From: Eledone cirrhosa
Lineage: Eukaryota
DNA: 64,000 bases
NCBI GenBank assembly: GCA_964016885.1
Contig: OZ024742.1
Location: 174,840,001 to 174,904,000, forward strand
Direction of reading: 5' to 3'
Part shown: piece by piece, positions 51,769 through 63,019 of the stretch
Layout of the letters: each line of letters begins with the position of its first letter
Numbering within the stretch: the stretch's first letter is position 1
Notes under the pieces: generated by a model
What the model saw: only the letters and a program-made list of their open reading frames with translations
Told to the model about the DNA's origin: nothing
The model's database searches: none
Position numbers and translations under genes: made by a program

Positions 51769-52767
51769 TCTCTCTATATATAAAACAGAGGATGCCTGGG
51801 TGTGCGTGTGTGTTTGTCTGTATGTCTAAATCCCTAAAACCTGAGAAGTACCCGACCAATCTTTTTCAAACTTTACACACGCGGTACTTATATTTCTTAA
51901 AGTTCAATGAGCTAAAGAAATTTTGACTTTTTCTGTCCTAGTGCCCGCATTTTAAAAGCCTTTTGAGGCGTAACTTAAAGATAATCCAGCCGATATCCTC
52001 GACATTTGCAGCACACATTAGTTAGTCCCCTCCCATTGCTGTGGACGAAACAAATGTCCGATTCTATTAAGGGTTTCTTGGAAATTTACGAATTAGCATT
52101 GGGCATTACATGCCATTTTCATTTTCCATATAAACGCTACTTAAACATCGTAAGTAGCGTATAATATTTCGTTTAAAATTTGGTTTATTTAACAGAGGAC
52201 ACAACACTTACTTACTTTTAAGCATGAGCATTTTCGGTGGATTGAAGAAATGAGGAGGACCTTAGCATTTTTGTCGGCGCCCCGTTGATGCTTCGTGCTT
52301 TCATCATGCACAAATCGGGGCCCTGTGTACGTTGCCATTTTATTGACACCGTAAAACTCACGTCTGTGCTACTTCTACTAAGACCCCTTTTTTTTGCACC
52401 TACACTGCAGTATGAATGCCCTGCGTAAGTACACAAAACAGCGGTTTGCTAATTCCGCGGGGACCCCATTTGTCGCACCTTTGTTGCTGTGTAAACGCAG
52501 TGCAACCAGCACCGCCCAGTGTTTGTTTTAATTGCACTATGACCTGCTTCTCCTGCAGCTGCGTTGCCACGCTGCTTTCGTCATCTCAATATCCCTACTT
52601 AAACGTACATCCCTACTTGGTTTTCGCACAATTGACTACGTCGCTCCTTAATCATTCCCTGAGAATAAGGGAATTCAAAAAGTACACAGCTACATCCCAC
52701 AATCTTTGCATTTGAGTGTTGCTATTTACCGTTTCCTACCCCATGCAACGCTGGGTCCTGCTGCTAG
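51769..52767 (+). mobile_element. Non-autonomous Helitron (~1.0 kb)
   Basis: Inserted at A|T. The 5' end is TCTCTCTATATATAAAA followed by a GT/GTCT microsatellite. A subterminal hairpin accccatgcaacgctgggt precedes the 3' CTAG. No TSD; CpG-rich relative to flanks. Confidence 0.85.
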
Positions 52768-53410
52768 TAGACAAATATAAATACTATAAACTAAACTGAA
52801 GTAATGGACAGTTTTGTGTGATTTGGTGTCAAAAGTGTTAACACATATTATCTTGCAAATTTTCATAAATTCATTTCATTCTATTCATATATATTTATCT
52901 CACTCAACTAAAAATTCTTTACTCTTTTTTACGACTCCATCAATCTTGATAACTTAATGATTGTCTTTTGTCAATTCCCACCTCTTAATTTTACACTTTT
53001 ACACTATCTCTGCCATTTCATGTTTATTTTTTCTATATCAACACACTAAATACATTTCATGAGTTGTTTGTTTATGTTTCAAATACTGACTGTCAATATT
53101 TCCATCCATTGTATTGATAACCTTCTGTGACTACGTTAATAACCTCTTTTCCATTGAAACTCTTTCACAGGCCACCACATTTTGTAGCCCCTACCTCTAT
53201 TACTGTAAATTATTTCACTTCCCAACAGAAAAACAAGATTTAGTTTCTTTGCCTTATTGTTTATAGTTAAACCAAACCATTTAGAAAGTTGAACAATCCA
53301 AAGAAAATCATTTACCCTTTTGATAGAAAACCACATGAAACTGTGCTTGATTCTATGACACAAAATCTTTCAATTTAAATTGTTTATATTTATCTCAAAT
53401 ACTTATATGA

Positions 53411-53588
53411 TAATTGTTTCTACTTTTGGCACAAGGCCAGCAATTATACCAGTACATGACTGGTACTTTATTTTATCGACCCTATAAGGATGAGAGGCAA
53501 AGTTAACCTCGATGGGATTTGAACTCAGACCGCAAAGGCATGTAACTCTATGCATGGCATCCGAACTGCAAATACTGCCAATCCACCA
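53411..53588 (-). mobile_element. Same SINE family, inserted inside a TTAA-MITE
   Basis: Collinear with 58257-58447; MITE sequence on both sides (~53290-53740). Confidence 0.88.
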
Positions 53589-54471
53589 ATGTTATGCAAG
53601 AACATTTGTTGTATTCCAAACACAAGCTTAATAACAACAAAGTTGTATTACTAAATTCCTCTATTTCTTTTAACTTTCAAAATAATTTGAAAATTATAGG
53701 CACTGTCTTTCATTAGAAATATGATAATGAATGGGTTAATGTAAATACTTTTGTTATCCATATGTGAAGGTATGAGTGTATGATTAAATAGTCTGCTCTG
53801 CATATATTTATCAAAAGATTATTCCTTTTGAGGATGCCATTCATTATATTGAGTCAAATAGTATTAGAGAAATTTATTTGTGAGCCAATTAAAATTTAAT
53901 TCACTTAAAATTTTCTTTGCAGTCTAGCTTTTATAAATTTAATAAACTGATATGAAACATCTAAAAGAAAAATATCATTTAACTCTTAACATGTAGCACT
54001 ACATGAAACTACAATTGCAAAACATTCTTGAAAAGTACAAAACAGCATGATGACTGCGCCTTATTAAAATTTGAAGTGTTTTATCTAATACTGCAAGTTT
54101 TCACAACAATCTGTACAGTAATAAAATTGCAATAAACATTTGTATTAATAAATACCCACAAAAAGAAAACATGAGTAGTAAAACATTCTTGAAAAGTACA
54201 TATCAGCAATGTAATTGAATCAACTTAAAAATTCTCTATACTCTTATACTGAAAAATTGTCACAAAAATCTGTTCACTTGTAAAGACAATATAAACATTT
54301 TAATTAACAAACCTGCTTCTATATATTTTCTCGAAATTATTACAGAATGTTGAGTTAATTGATAACCCCATATACGGAACATTATTTTTAGCATAAATTT
54401 TTATATCATGAAATAATAGTCTTTACTCTTTGTATCACTTAGACTAGAAAATTTGAGAACCTCTGACTTAC

Positions 54472-54777
54472 TGTTTAACACTAGAAGCCTGTCAGGTCTG
54501 GCATACACAATCAGACATCTGGTTTAATATCAGTGTAGCTTCAGGACGGACAAGGGGACAATTCTGTTGTGATTTTGGCAGAGTATTTTCTAAGGTGGCA
54601 CAAACATTAGCTACATCCTTACCTGACACTTGTATGCATTTGTCTATGTTGTAAGCATTACAGAATCAGAGGCATGATAAAAGGTTAGAGGTACTCTTCT
54701 TCCATTGAGTATGTGAGAAATGATTTTTTAAAATTACTTTCATCAGAAGAATATTCCCGCTCATCACACCAGCTCAT
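54472..54777 (-). pseudogene. Candidate decayed first coding exon of unknown identity
   Basis: accATG context, MSWCDEREYSSDESNFKKSFLTYSMEEEYL*, a further ~58-codon open stretch, ending at ca|GTAAGT. Confidence 0.3.
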
Positions 54778-55639
54778 GGTAAACAGCAATAAATAATGAT
54801 AAGTACTGTAGTTTAGACATATTAATTCTTAACACCCGGTAATTATTTGGCAGAAAATATCTAAAAATGGGTTTGTTAATTCAAATATTTATAGCAGCAT
54901 TACTAGTTGTAAATATTTGTAATATTAAAGACCTTAATTATTAATGTAATGCAGTCATAGTGTAGTTTTAGAATGCTTTTTCTAATGCAGTTTCATGTGG
55001 TAGAGAACATTAAAAGTTGAGCGAAGTTGTAATATGATGTTCTTTTGTTGAATGCCATGGTGATCATATCAAAAAGAGGGTAAGTAAAATTCAGATGATA
55101 ATAATCCATATATATACAATAGACATTGACTGTGTTTGTCCTGTCTGTTCAGAAATATCTTGGGCCAAAAGTAAATCTCTGTGGCATGATCCCAATGAGG
55201 ATAAGACAACATACTGCAAAATAAATTGATTTTTTTTTTCTTTTTAGAAAAGAGGACAGAAGAATGAGCAGATTACTATGTTCTTATTAATATCACAATC
55301 ATGATTAAAAATTCAATTTATATAGAGTATTGGTGAAATATTATAATATATAATTTTTAATGCACCAAGCAAATGTTTGGAGACCACAGCAGACACCAGT
55401 TGCAAGAAATGTGCAAAGCAAGTGAGCATATTGCTTTGTGATATTATATGTATGTTGGTGAATTCCATGGGGATCATACAACGAAGGGTCAGGTGTACGT
55501 TTGATAACGATAGTATGGATGCTGTAGCGGTCATAGAAAGATAATAGTAATAGTCGATATCATCATCATCAGTGTTTACATCCTTTTTTCCATGCAAACA
55601 TGACATTATGTCAATAGTTGATGTCCAAATATCACATTC

Positions 55640-56055
55640 ACATCTTCATCAATGTACTATAATTCATATCTTCATCAATATAGTGTACCACCTGTCTTAA
55701 TCAGTATAGTGTACCACATGTCTTCATCGATGTACTGTACTACATTTCTTCATCGATGTACTGTACCACATGTCTTCATCAATGTACTGTGCTACATGTC
55801 TTCATCGATGTACCGTGCTACATGTCTTCATCGATGTGCTGTACTACATTTCTTCATCGATGTACTGTACTACATTTCTTCATCGATGTACTGTACCACA
55901 TGTCTTCATCAATGTACTGTGCTACATGTCTTCATCAATGTACTGTGCTACATGTCTTCATCGATGTACCGTACTACATGTCTTCATCGATGTGCTGTAC
56001 CATACATTTTTAACATTGTACTGTACCACATGTCTTCATCAATATATTGTGCCAC
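55640..56055. repeat. Minisatellite, 26-bp unit (tcttcatcgatgtactgtgctacatg)
   Basis: About 15 units that explain the three overlapping repetitive ORFs. Confidence 0.95.
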
Positions 56056-56811
56056 AAGAAATTGCATTAACAAAACGTTCTCGAAAAATACAAAACACTA
56101 CGACTGTATCATATTAAAAATTAAAGTCCTTACTTTAGTTAACTGAAAAGTTTCAACAAACTGCATTTCGACATTTTTTCAACGTTACATGATGTTAAGA
56201 GTTAATGTAACACCCTTGCATATGCAACATTTAGAAACCACTGCATTTTACCACTGCAAATTTTCACAACGATCTGGCCACTACTATAGATACTATAAGC
56301 AAACTTATTTCTAAATAATTAAATGATGCTAAATCATTTCAGGGTGTTAAGAGTTATGCAATATGTCTTAATATTTCACTTGCATTCCTTTCACCCTATA
56401 GAATATGTTTCCTTATTTTTACCCATATTTTTCACCGCCAACATACTTCTCCAATATATAGACTTATCTTTTGGTTAGATGTTGCAATGGCTGGCACAAA
56501 AGCATGTTGAAGCCAAAAAATATAATGACTAACTTTAAGAAAAGTAATATTTTGGTTAGGTCAATAAATATATTTTCATAAACTTGTTGCATTGACATCG
56601 TTATCATTCGTTGTTACTAAAATGAAATTCTGCCAGTATGCAGAATTGCCTATTGACCGAAAATATCTTTTAACTTTGTAAATGTTCATATAAATTAGAG
56701 AGCAAGATTGTTATTACCATAATTTTCAGTTCTTTTTTTCTGTTTGTTAGATTTATAAAATGATTTAATTGAAAATATAAGTATATGCATGTATGTGTGT
56801 TTTTCCAATGA

Positions 56812-56880
<69 letters not shown>

Positions 56881-57424
56881 CACACACCTCACACACTCTT
56901 GGTAGCAGGGAAGGTTAACATTAAGTTATATATATATATATGTATATTTGTACACATACACACAAACTCTTAGTAGCAGAGAAAGTGAAGCGAATGTTAA
57001 ATGATGATTGATATATATATATATACACATATTATACACACACATATGCTCCCACTTTTGGTAGCAGGAAATATGAACGTTAAATAATGATGAAGATATA
57101 TACACGGAGTGGGGGTAATATTCATCAAAATATGGTAGACATTATCAGTTTGGTTGATGTACTATTCCCAAAATGACTGGCGTCATGAATGTATAATGTA
57201 TCTTATAAAAGTATTTATGATGACAGTTATAAAATCGTTGGCATGGTGAAAAAGAATCTTGAGTTCAGTGCAGAAAAAATACAAAGAATTGAATATAATA
57301 CTATAAGCACTAGAATTAAACTAAGCTACTATCTATATATAAGAAAAGTGAATGAGGAAATGTAACAGAAGAGATCAATACAATGCAATGTTGGTATATT
57401 ACTTTAATGCTTAATATAGTTGGC

Positions 57425-57462
57425 AAAGACTCTTAACGTTTTAGGCGTTAGTCTTTCATTAG
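57425..57462 (-). ncRNA. Degenerate minimal hammerhead ribozyme motif (PLE pLTR-type), probably inactive
   Basis: Minus strand ctaatga-aagac-taac-gcct-aaaac-gttaagagtc versus the core CUGAUGA-stemII-GAAAC; preceded by a pyrimidine-rich tract. Confidence 0.45.
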
Positions 57463-57633
57463 AAATTAGAATTAGAGAGAAGGGAAAGAGAAGGTTTGGT
57501 AGAGATTAGTAGAAAAAAGAAGATAGATGAGAGTGAAAAAAGAAACTTGGGTAAGGTATGAATAAAAGAAAAAGCATGTGGTTTTATTAGTCAACCAATC
57601 AACTCTCCCCCTTTCTGCCGCTCTCTCTCTCTC

Positions 57634-57702
<69 letters not shown>

Positions 57703-58256
57703 GTGTGTGTGTGTGAATATATATAAACATACACACACTTATATATAAAACACAATATATGTGTGTCTGTCATGTTTAAACCATTTGTCCTTCATCTTAC
57801 TTTTTCCATAGCCCAATCTGCATTGTTTGTTGAAAACTTTATGCCCCAAAATGCTGAAAAAGCAAAATCCTTGTTAAGATGCCAATGTGTTACAGTGATG
57901 TATACAAGGTATAGAAACTCCTGTAAAAGATAGTTGTAGAGCAATGAAAACAAATGTTCTCATGTCTTGCTAAAGGTGGTGTTAGCTGATAGACTTCTCA
58001 ATTATTTCCTATCATCTACATACCTGTCACCAACCTCCTGGCTTTTATTTTCTCCACCACCGTTTTTAATCGTCTTTCTTGGTTTTTCCCTACCGCTGCT
58101 TACTTCCACATTCACATTATAAATTATTGATCTTCTTTTAATTACAAAACATAGAACACAGGAAAGATGAGTAGCTTACTATATTCTTATTAACTATACA
58201 ATTAGGATTACAAATTCAATTTGTATTAAATACAATGTCTGTTCAATTGATATAAT

Positions 58257-58447
58257 TGTTGCTACTTTTTTGGCACAAGGCCAGCAAATACCCAGTACAT
58301 TACTGGTACTTTATTTTATCGACCCCGTAAGGATGAAAGGCAAAGTGAACCTCGGCGGGATTTGAACTCAGACCGTAAAGGGACGTAACTATGCTGGAAA
58401 GCATGGCATCCGACCCTCTACCGATACTGCCAATCCACCGTCCTTGA
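58257..58447 (-). mobile_element. Young full-length tRNA-derived SINE with 15-bp TSD
   Basis: Reverse strand has an A-box-like tggcagtatcggtag, a B-box gagttcaaatccc, the core gcctttcatccttacggggtcgataaaataaagtaccag and the tail ggccttgtgccaaaaaagtag. TSD ttcaattgatataat at 58242-58256 and 58448-58462. Confidence 0.92.
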
Positions 58448-60863
58448 TTCAATTGATATAATGTATAGCAGAATTATTGTATTTATTAAATTGTGAAGGT
58501 GCATGGCTTTGTAGTTTGAGAATTATATTTATAAATGTTAGGCTGAGAGTTTGATTCCCAGACCAGGCAATGCATTATGTCCTTGAGCAAGACACTTTAT
58601 TTCATGTTGCTCCTGCTTCTACCGGGAGTTGCAATCAGTAGGTCCTATCAGCATTGAAAAGATAAACGGAAATCAATGTTTTCTTGGTGAAAGTTGATGA
58701 GTTCCACTCCACTTGGTTAGCAAATGCAGTCTGGGATCTTGTCGATTATATAAAACAACTTTTTTTAGAATGTAAAAATGTAAATGAGGCAAACATTTGA
58801 AACTCAGCTCAAAGTCAAGCTGCTTTGAGTGAAGAAAGCTTAGATAGTTTATTGATAAACTTAAAGTACAATAAGATTGCACAGAAATTATTAATTGGAA
58901 AGTAATTTTTGTTAAACTTTGATCCATTTCCCTCAGTTGTGTCAAAGACATGACAACCTCTCACTGTGCTTAAGTGAAATGCAGATACCTGGCCTGCCTG
59001 GGATGTCAGTAGCCCAGCTTCAGTACTGACTTAGTCTATGTAGACCTGTACAAACCTTGCTACCAGATAAAGTGAATGTTAGCTAATGCTGGTGATGATG
59101 ATCATCATCATGATTAAGCAGTATGTCCCTAATGTTACCCATTTTTGCACCAAATTGCCTGAAACTGCCTTTAACTCAGCATGTAACTGCCAATGATATC
59201 ATTAAATTTGGAACTTCATCTTTCGTCATACCACCACAAACACTGGTGACATCTCCTCAGATATCTAACTGATATCATTAAATGTGGCTTGGACACAGCA
59301 AATATTCCATCATAAAAGATAAAACAGGATCACAATTTTTCCCATTTCTAAGGCAGTAAGACTGTAATCTATGACTTTGTCCTTTGGCAATCTTTCATTA
59401 TTAAGATATTTACATGTTCCATAATTACTTTGGAAGACTTTAACTTAAATAGAAATCCTATATTTCAGTTAATTAATGAAGAATTTTGGATATCAAAAGG
59501 GTTAATGAATCTTGAGGGATTTGCTAAAATTATTAATTATTAAATCACTAAGATATCAACTTAGTATATAGTTTTTATATAAACTTATACTGAGAGATTT
59601 TAATTTAAATTGGAACCCTTTAAAATGGGGTGAAATTGTGTGAGTGGGTTTCAAAAGGGATATGGATTACAATACTCTCAAGATAGAAACAGATTGGAAT
59701 CTATGTATAGATCACTGTTGAAGTAAATAAACAATAATAAAGTGTTTGATATTAGAATTTGGAATTCAATACCAGGACATTTTTAATTTTATAATTACAT
59801 TTCAATTAAGGAATATGATCAACTAATATGAGTAATGTGATATCTGTGAAGCTATATGGGTTCATGGTTAGGGTGTTGAAGTTGTCTTCGTAAAGTCTTG
59901 GGTTTGATTCCTGGATTGAGTGACACGGTGTGTTCTTGAGCAAGACACTTCATTTCACATAGATTTTCAATGTTTTATAAAAACAAAATGTAGCATATTT
60001 TAAAAAATACGTTTCTGACTATCAGACTTGCAATATATCTTCCACCTCTATAGATTTATAATTGATATCTTGCCAAGGTTAACTTTGCTTTTCATCATTT
60101 TGGTAGGGTCTATGAATGAAATATGGTGGTTTAGTGGAACATGAGTATTATAGCTTCTTTTTCTTCTTTTACTAACACTAGTAAAAATACTAAAGACATT
60201 TGTAATTACAAAACTATATTTTGACATATGGTAAATCATTAGAATGTTATGAGTTAATTTATAATATGGGGGAGGGGGGTATATTCTGACCATAAGTATT
60301 AAAATCACTATCATCAAGATGGGTGCGTAAGAATCACATACAATATTAGTTTAATGATGGATTATATTAGAAATTTGCTATTTATTTGGATATTGAGAGT
60401 TTATCAGATATTTTCTGTTATGGACTCTAGAGTTACAAGATATTTTAGGGCAAAACACAAACCAAATAATCATCATAGGAACCTCATAACATTGTAATGT
60501 TTGCCTATTCTATTTCTATAATTGGAATATGTCTTTGTTGTTTCTTTCATACCCATCCACAAATATTCTTTGATATTCATTCATAATAGAAAAAAAGTAA
60601 AATGAATCCAAATATAATTAACCAATGAACTTGGTGGCATTTCTATTTATGATTTTCTATTTATAATTTTTGGTTATTTAAACAATTAACTTTTATGTTT
60701 TCAAATAGTTTCTGAAGCACTTGAAACATTAAAGGCAGTTACATCATTGGCTATAACAATATATAGAAGAATGCTGATCTAATACAAATAAATGTTCAAA
60801 ATAAAGTCATTAGATTCGATTTTATAATTATTCTTTTTATTGTTATTTTGCTGAATTCTTTAG

Positions 60864-60940
60864 TTTCTTTAATAATGGAAGTACTTGATGAATTAAAATA
60901 TTTTATCATTGAACAAGAGGAAAGTATTGAGACAAATGAG
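60864..60940 (+). other. Candidate coding exon (SLIMEVLDELKYFIIEQEESIETNE)
   Basis: T-rich tract ending ttctttag|, an open protein-like frame, then gag|gtatac (weak donor). Confidence 0.3.
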
Positions 60941-61439
60941 GTATACATGATGATGAAAGCATGAAAAAAAAAGGATTAAAACAATACTTTCTAATTTAGG
61001 AACAAGGCTAATTTTGGAAAGGGGAAATTCTATTAAATCGACCCAGTACCTTAGTTCATAAATCTCAGAAGCATGGAAGGGAAATCTGTTCTCAGCTGGA
61101 TCTGAACACAGAATATAATGACTTGGAACAAATGCTTCACAGGATTTTAGCTAACAATCAAACAATTCTACCAATGTACCACCTTTAATTGTCACAAGTC
61201 TATGAATGTACCACCTTTAATAGGGTGATATTCAATTAAATCAGCCCCAATACTTTTCTGGTACCTCATTTTATCGACCACAGAAGGATGAAAGGCAAAG
61301 CAAATTTCGGTGGGATTGGAAAAAAATTTATTAGAATATTAAACTGGAGAAGAGAAAAATAGAGAATATAAGGTACTGTATGGGATGAAAGAAAATAATT
61401 AAATGATGGGAAAGAGAAAGGGAAGGAGAAAACTCTCAC

Positions 61440-61690
61440 TCCTGGCTAGGTGGTATATCTCAGTTATACCCCATGGATAAGATTGCAAAAGCATTGTCAC
61501 AGAGAACAGCCAATGACACCTGTTGCATCAACCATTCTATCTCACAAGTGTCTTTTCCTAGTTTTTGCACCCTTCATGATTTTACTGAGGAAAATGACAG
61601 TCTGAAGAACGAGGTCACTGGAGGTCATGATGGGGCCTAACAGGGAAAAGAAGCAGTCAAATCTTGGTATTTGGATATCTTCTGCTCCTT
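61440..61690 (+). repeat. Unclassified ancient interspersed repeat (other copies 13365-13545 minus, 25385-25625 minus)
   Basis: Shared blocks tggctaggtggtatatctcagttatacccc.t.ga.aag, acacctgttg.atcaaccattcta, aggtcact.ga..tc.tgatgg and gtcaa.tctt.gtatttgga. Confidence 0.75.
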
Positions 61691-63019
61691 TGTGATAGCA
61701 TTGGCAAAGTTGGAATTGGATACATTTAGTCATGTTTTAATCAGTTGGTGCTGATAATGAGAAAATATTTCTAGACGTTCAGCTTATTATTTCTTTTTAC
61801 TTAGCTATAGGCAGTGTCCACAAAAATAAATTATCAATACAATATAGTAAAAATGAAATATATTTAGAAAAAGGACGGAGCTAATCATTAGATCATAACA
61901 AAGAAAACTGTTTGTAATGGCTTTTCATGACTGATACTATGTGTTGCTCACAACTCTTTGCAAATGTGTTCCTGCTTTTTCAGTGATTGGAGGCAGAAGT
62001 TGAACTCTAATTTCCTTTTGTGTCAACACATTTTACCCTTCTGTTCATAGAGAAATTACACAACACTCATTAAATATTCAACTATAAAATATGTTTCTCT
62101 ATGTTCTATTATTTCATTTGAAGAAATAATAAATATTGATTGGTAAAACAGGAGCGGAAATTTAACCCTCATACAGGCTGATTAATGCCATCAATATTCT
62201 ATACCTTCTTAGATAAAAGGGAGAAAAAACAGTAATACAATTTGAACTCATGAACAGCATTTTAGCCTTACAGACTTTAAAAACCATGCCTAGAAGGGTT
62301 GAGAGGCACCAAAGACACAAAAGCTTCTCTATTGTTGGTGATCTACACAATAAATGCACCCAGTACATGCTGAAAGGTGGTTGGTGTTTGGGAGGGCATG
62401 TGGCCTAAGAAAGCTTACCAAATAAGGGGATATTTGACCCTTCAGTTCGTGTCAAAAGAAACAACTTCTCTACACTTGATATGACCATACATAAGTGTGA
62501 TACAGACCCCTTGGCCAGTCTAGGAGGTCAGAAGACCCCCTTCAGTACTGAATGATGATCGCTGAGTGTAGAAATGTCAAGTAATTCCAGTAGAGGAAGA
62601 TCTGGATTAAAGTAGTGAGAGCTAATCTCAGGTTGCTGATTCTCACAAAGATGATAAATGAACGTAATACGTGGGGAGATGCTGTAGTGAAAAGGAGCTG
62701 TCCGACCAATGCAAATATGGAACAATGTATGTAAAATGATGATGATATATAGATAGGTAAAAATTAACCAAAATGTTCAGATCACTCGGTCCATAGGGCA
62801 AGTTGAAATGTACAATTAGATTAAATCACTACAATAACTTCAAAACATAAATATGTATGTTTCTTTGGTGTATTGGAATACGCCAACTCATTGGTTCACC
62901 ATATTATGAACTTTTTCAAGTCTTCTTTGAATGTTGACCTTTTGTACTTTAAATGCCCCCCCCCCACACACACATATATATCTAATATATATTTGTGAAA
63001 TGGTTGGTGGTTGAAATTC

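Noticed and set aside
55640-56055. CRISPR-like array with a partly palindromic 26-bp repeat
   Set aside because: Units are contiguous with no unique spacers, no cas genes are present, and the context is eukaryotic: a minisatellite.
58340-58445. tRNA gene
   Set aside because: A/B boxes are part of a multi-copy SINE with core, tail and TSD; no full cloverleaf.
2463-60940. Alternative genetic code or RNA-editing rescue of the stops in exon-like segments
   Set aside because: All three stop types and frameshifts occur, and the TE ORFs read in the standard code; ordinary decay or chance is simpler.
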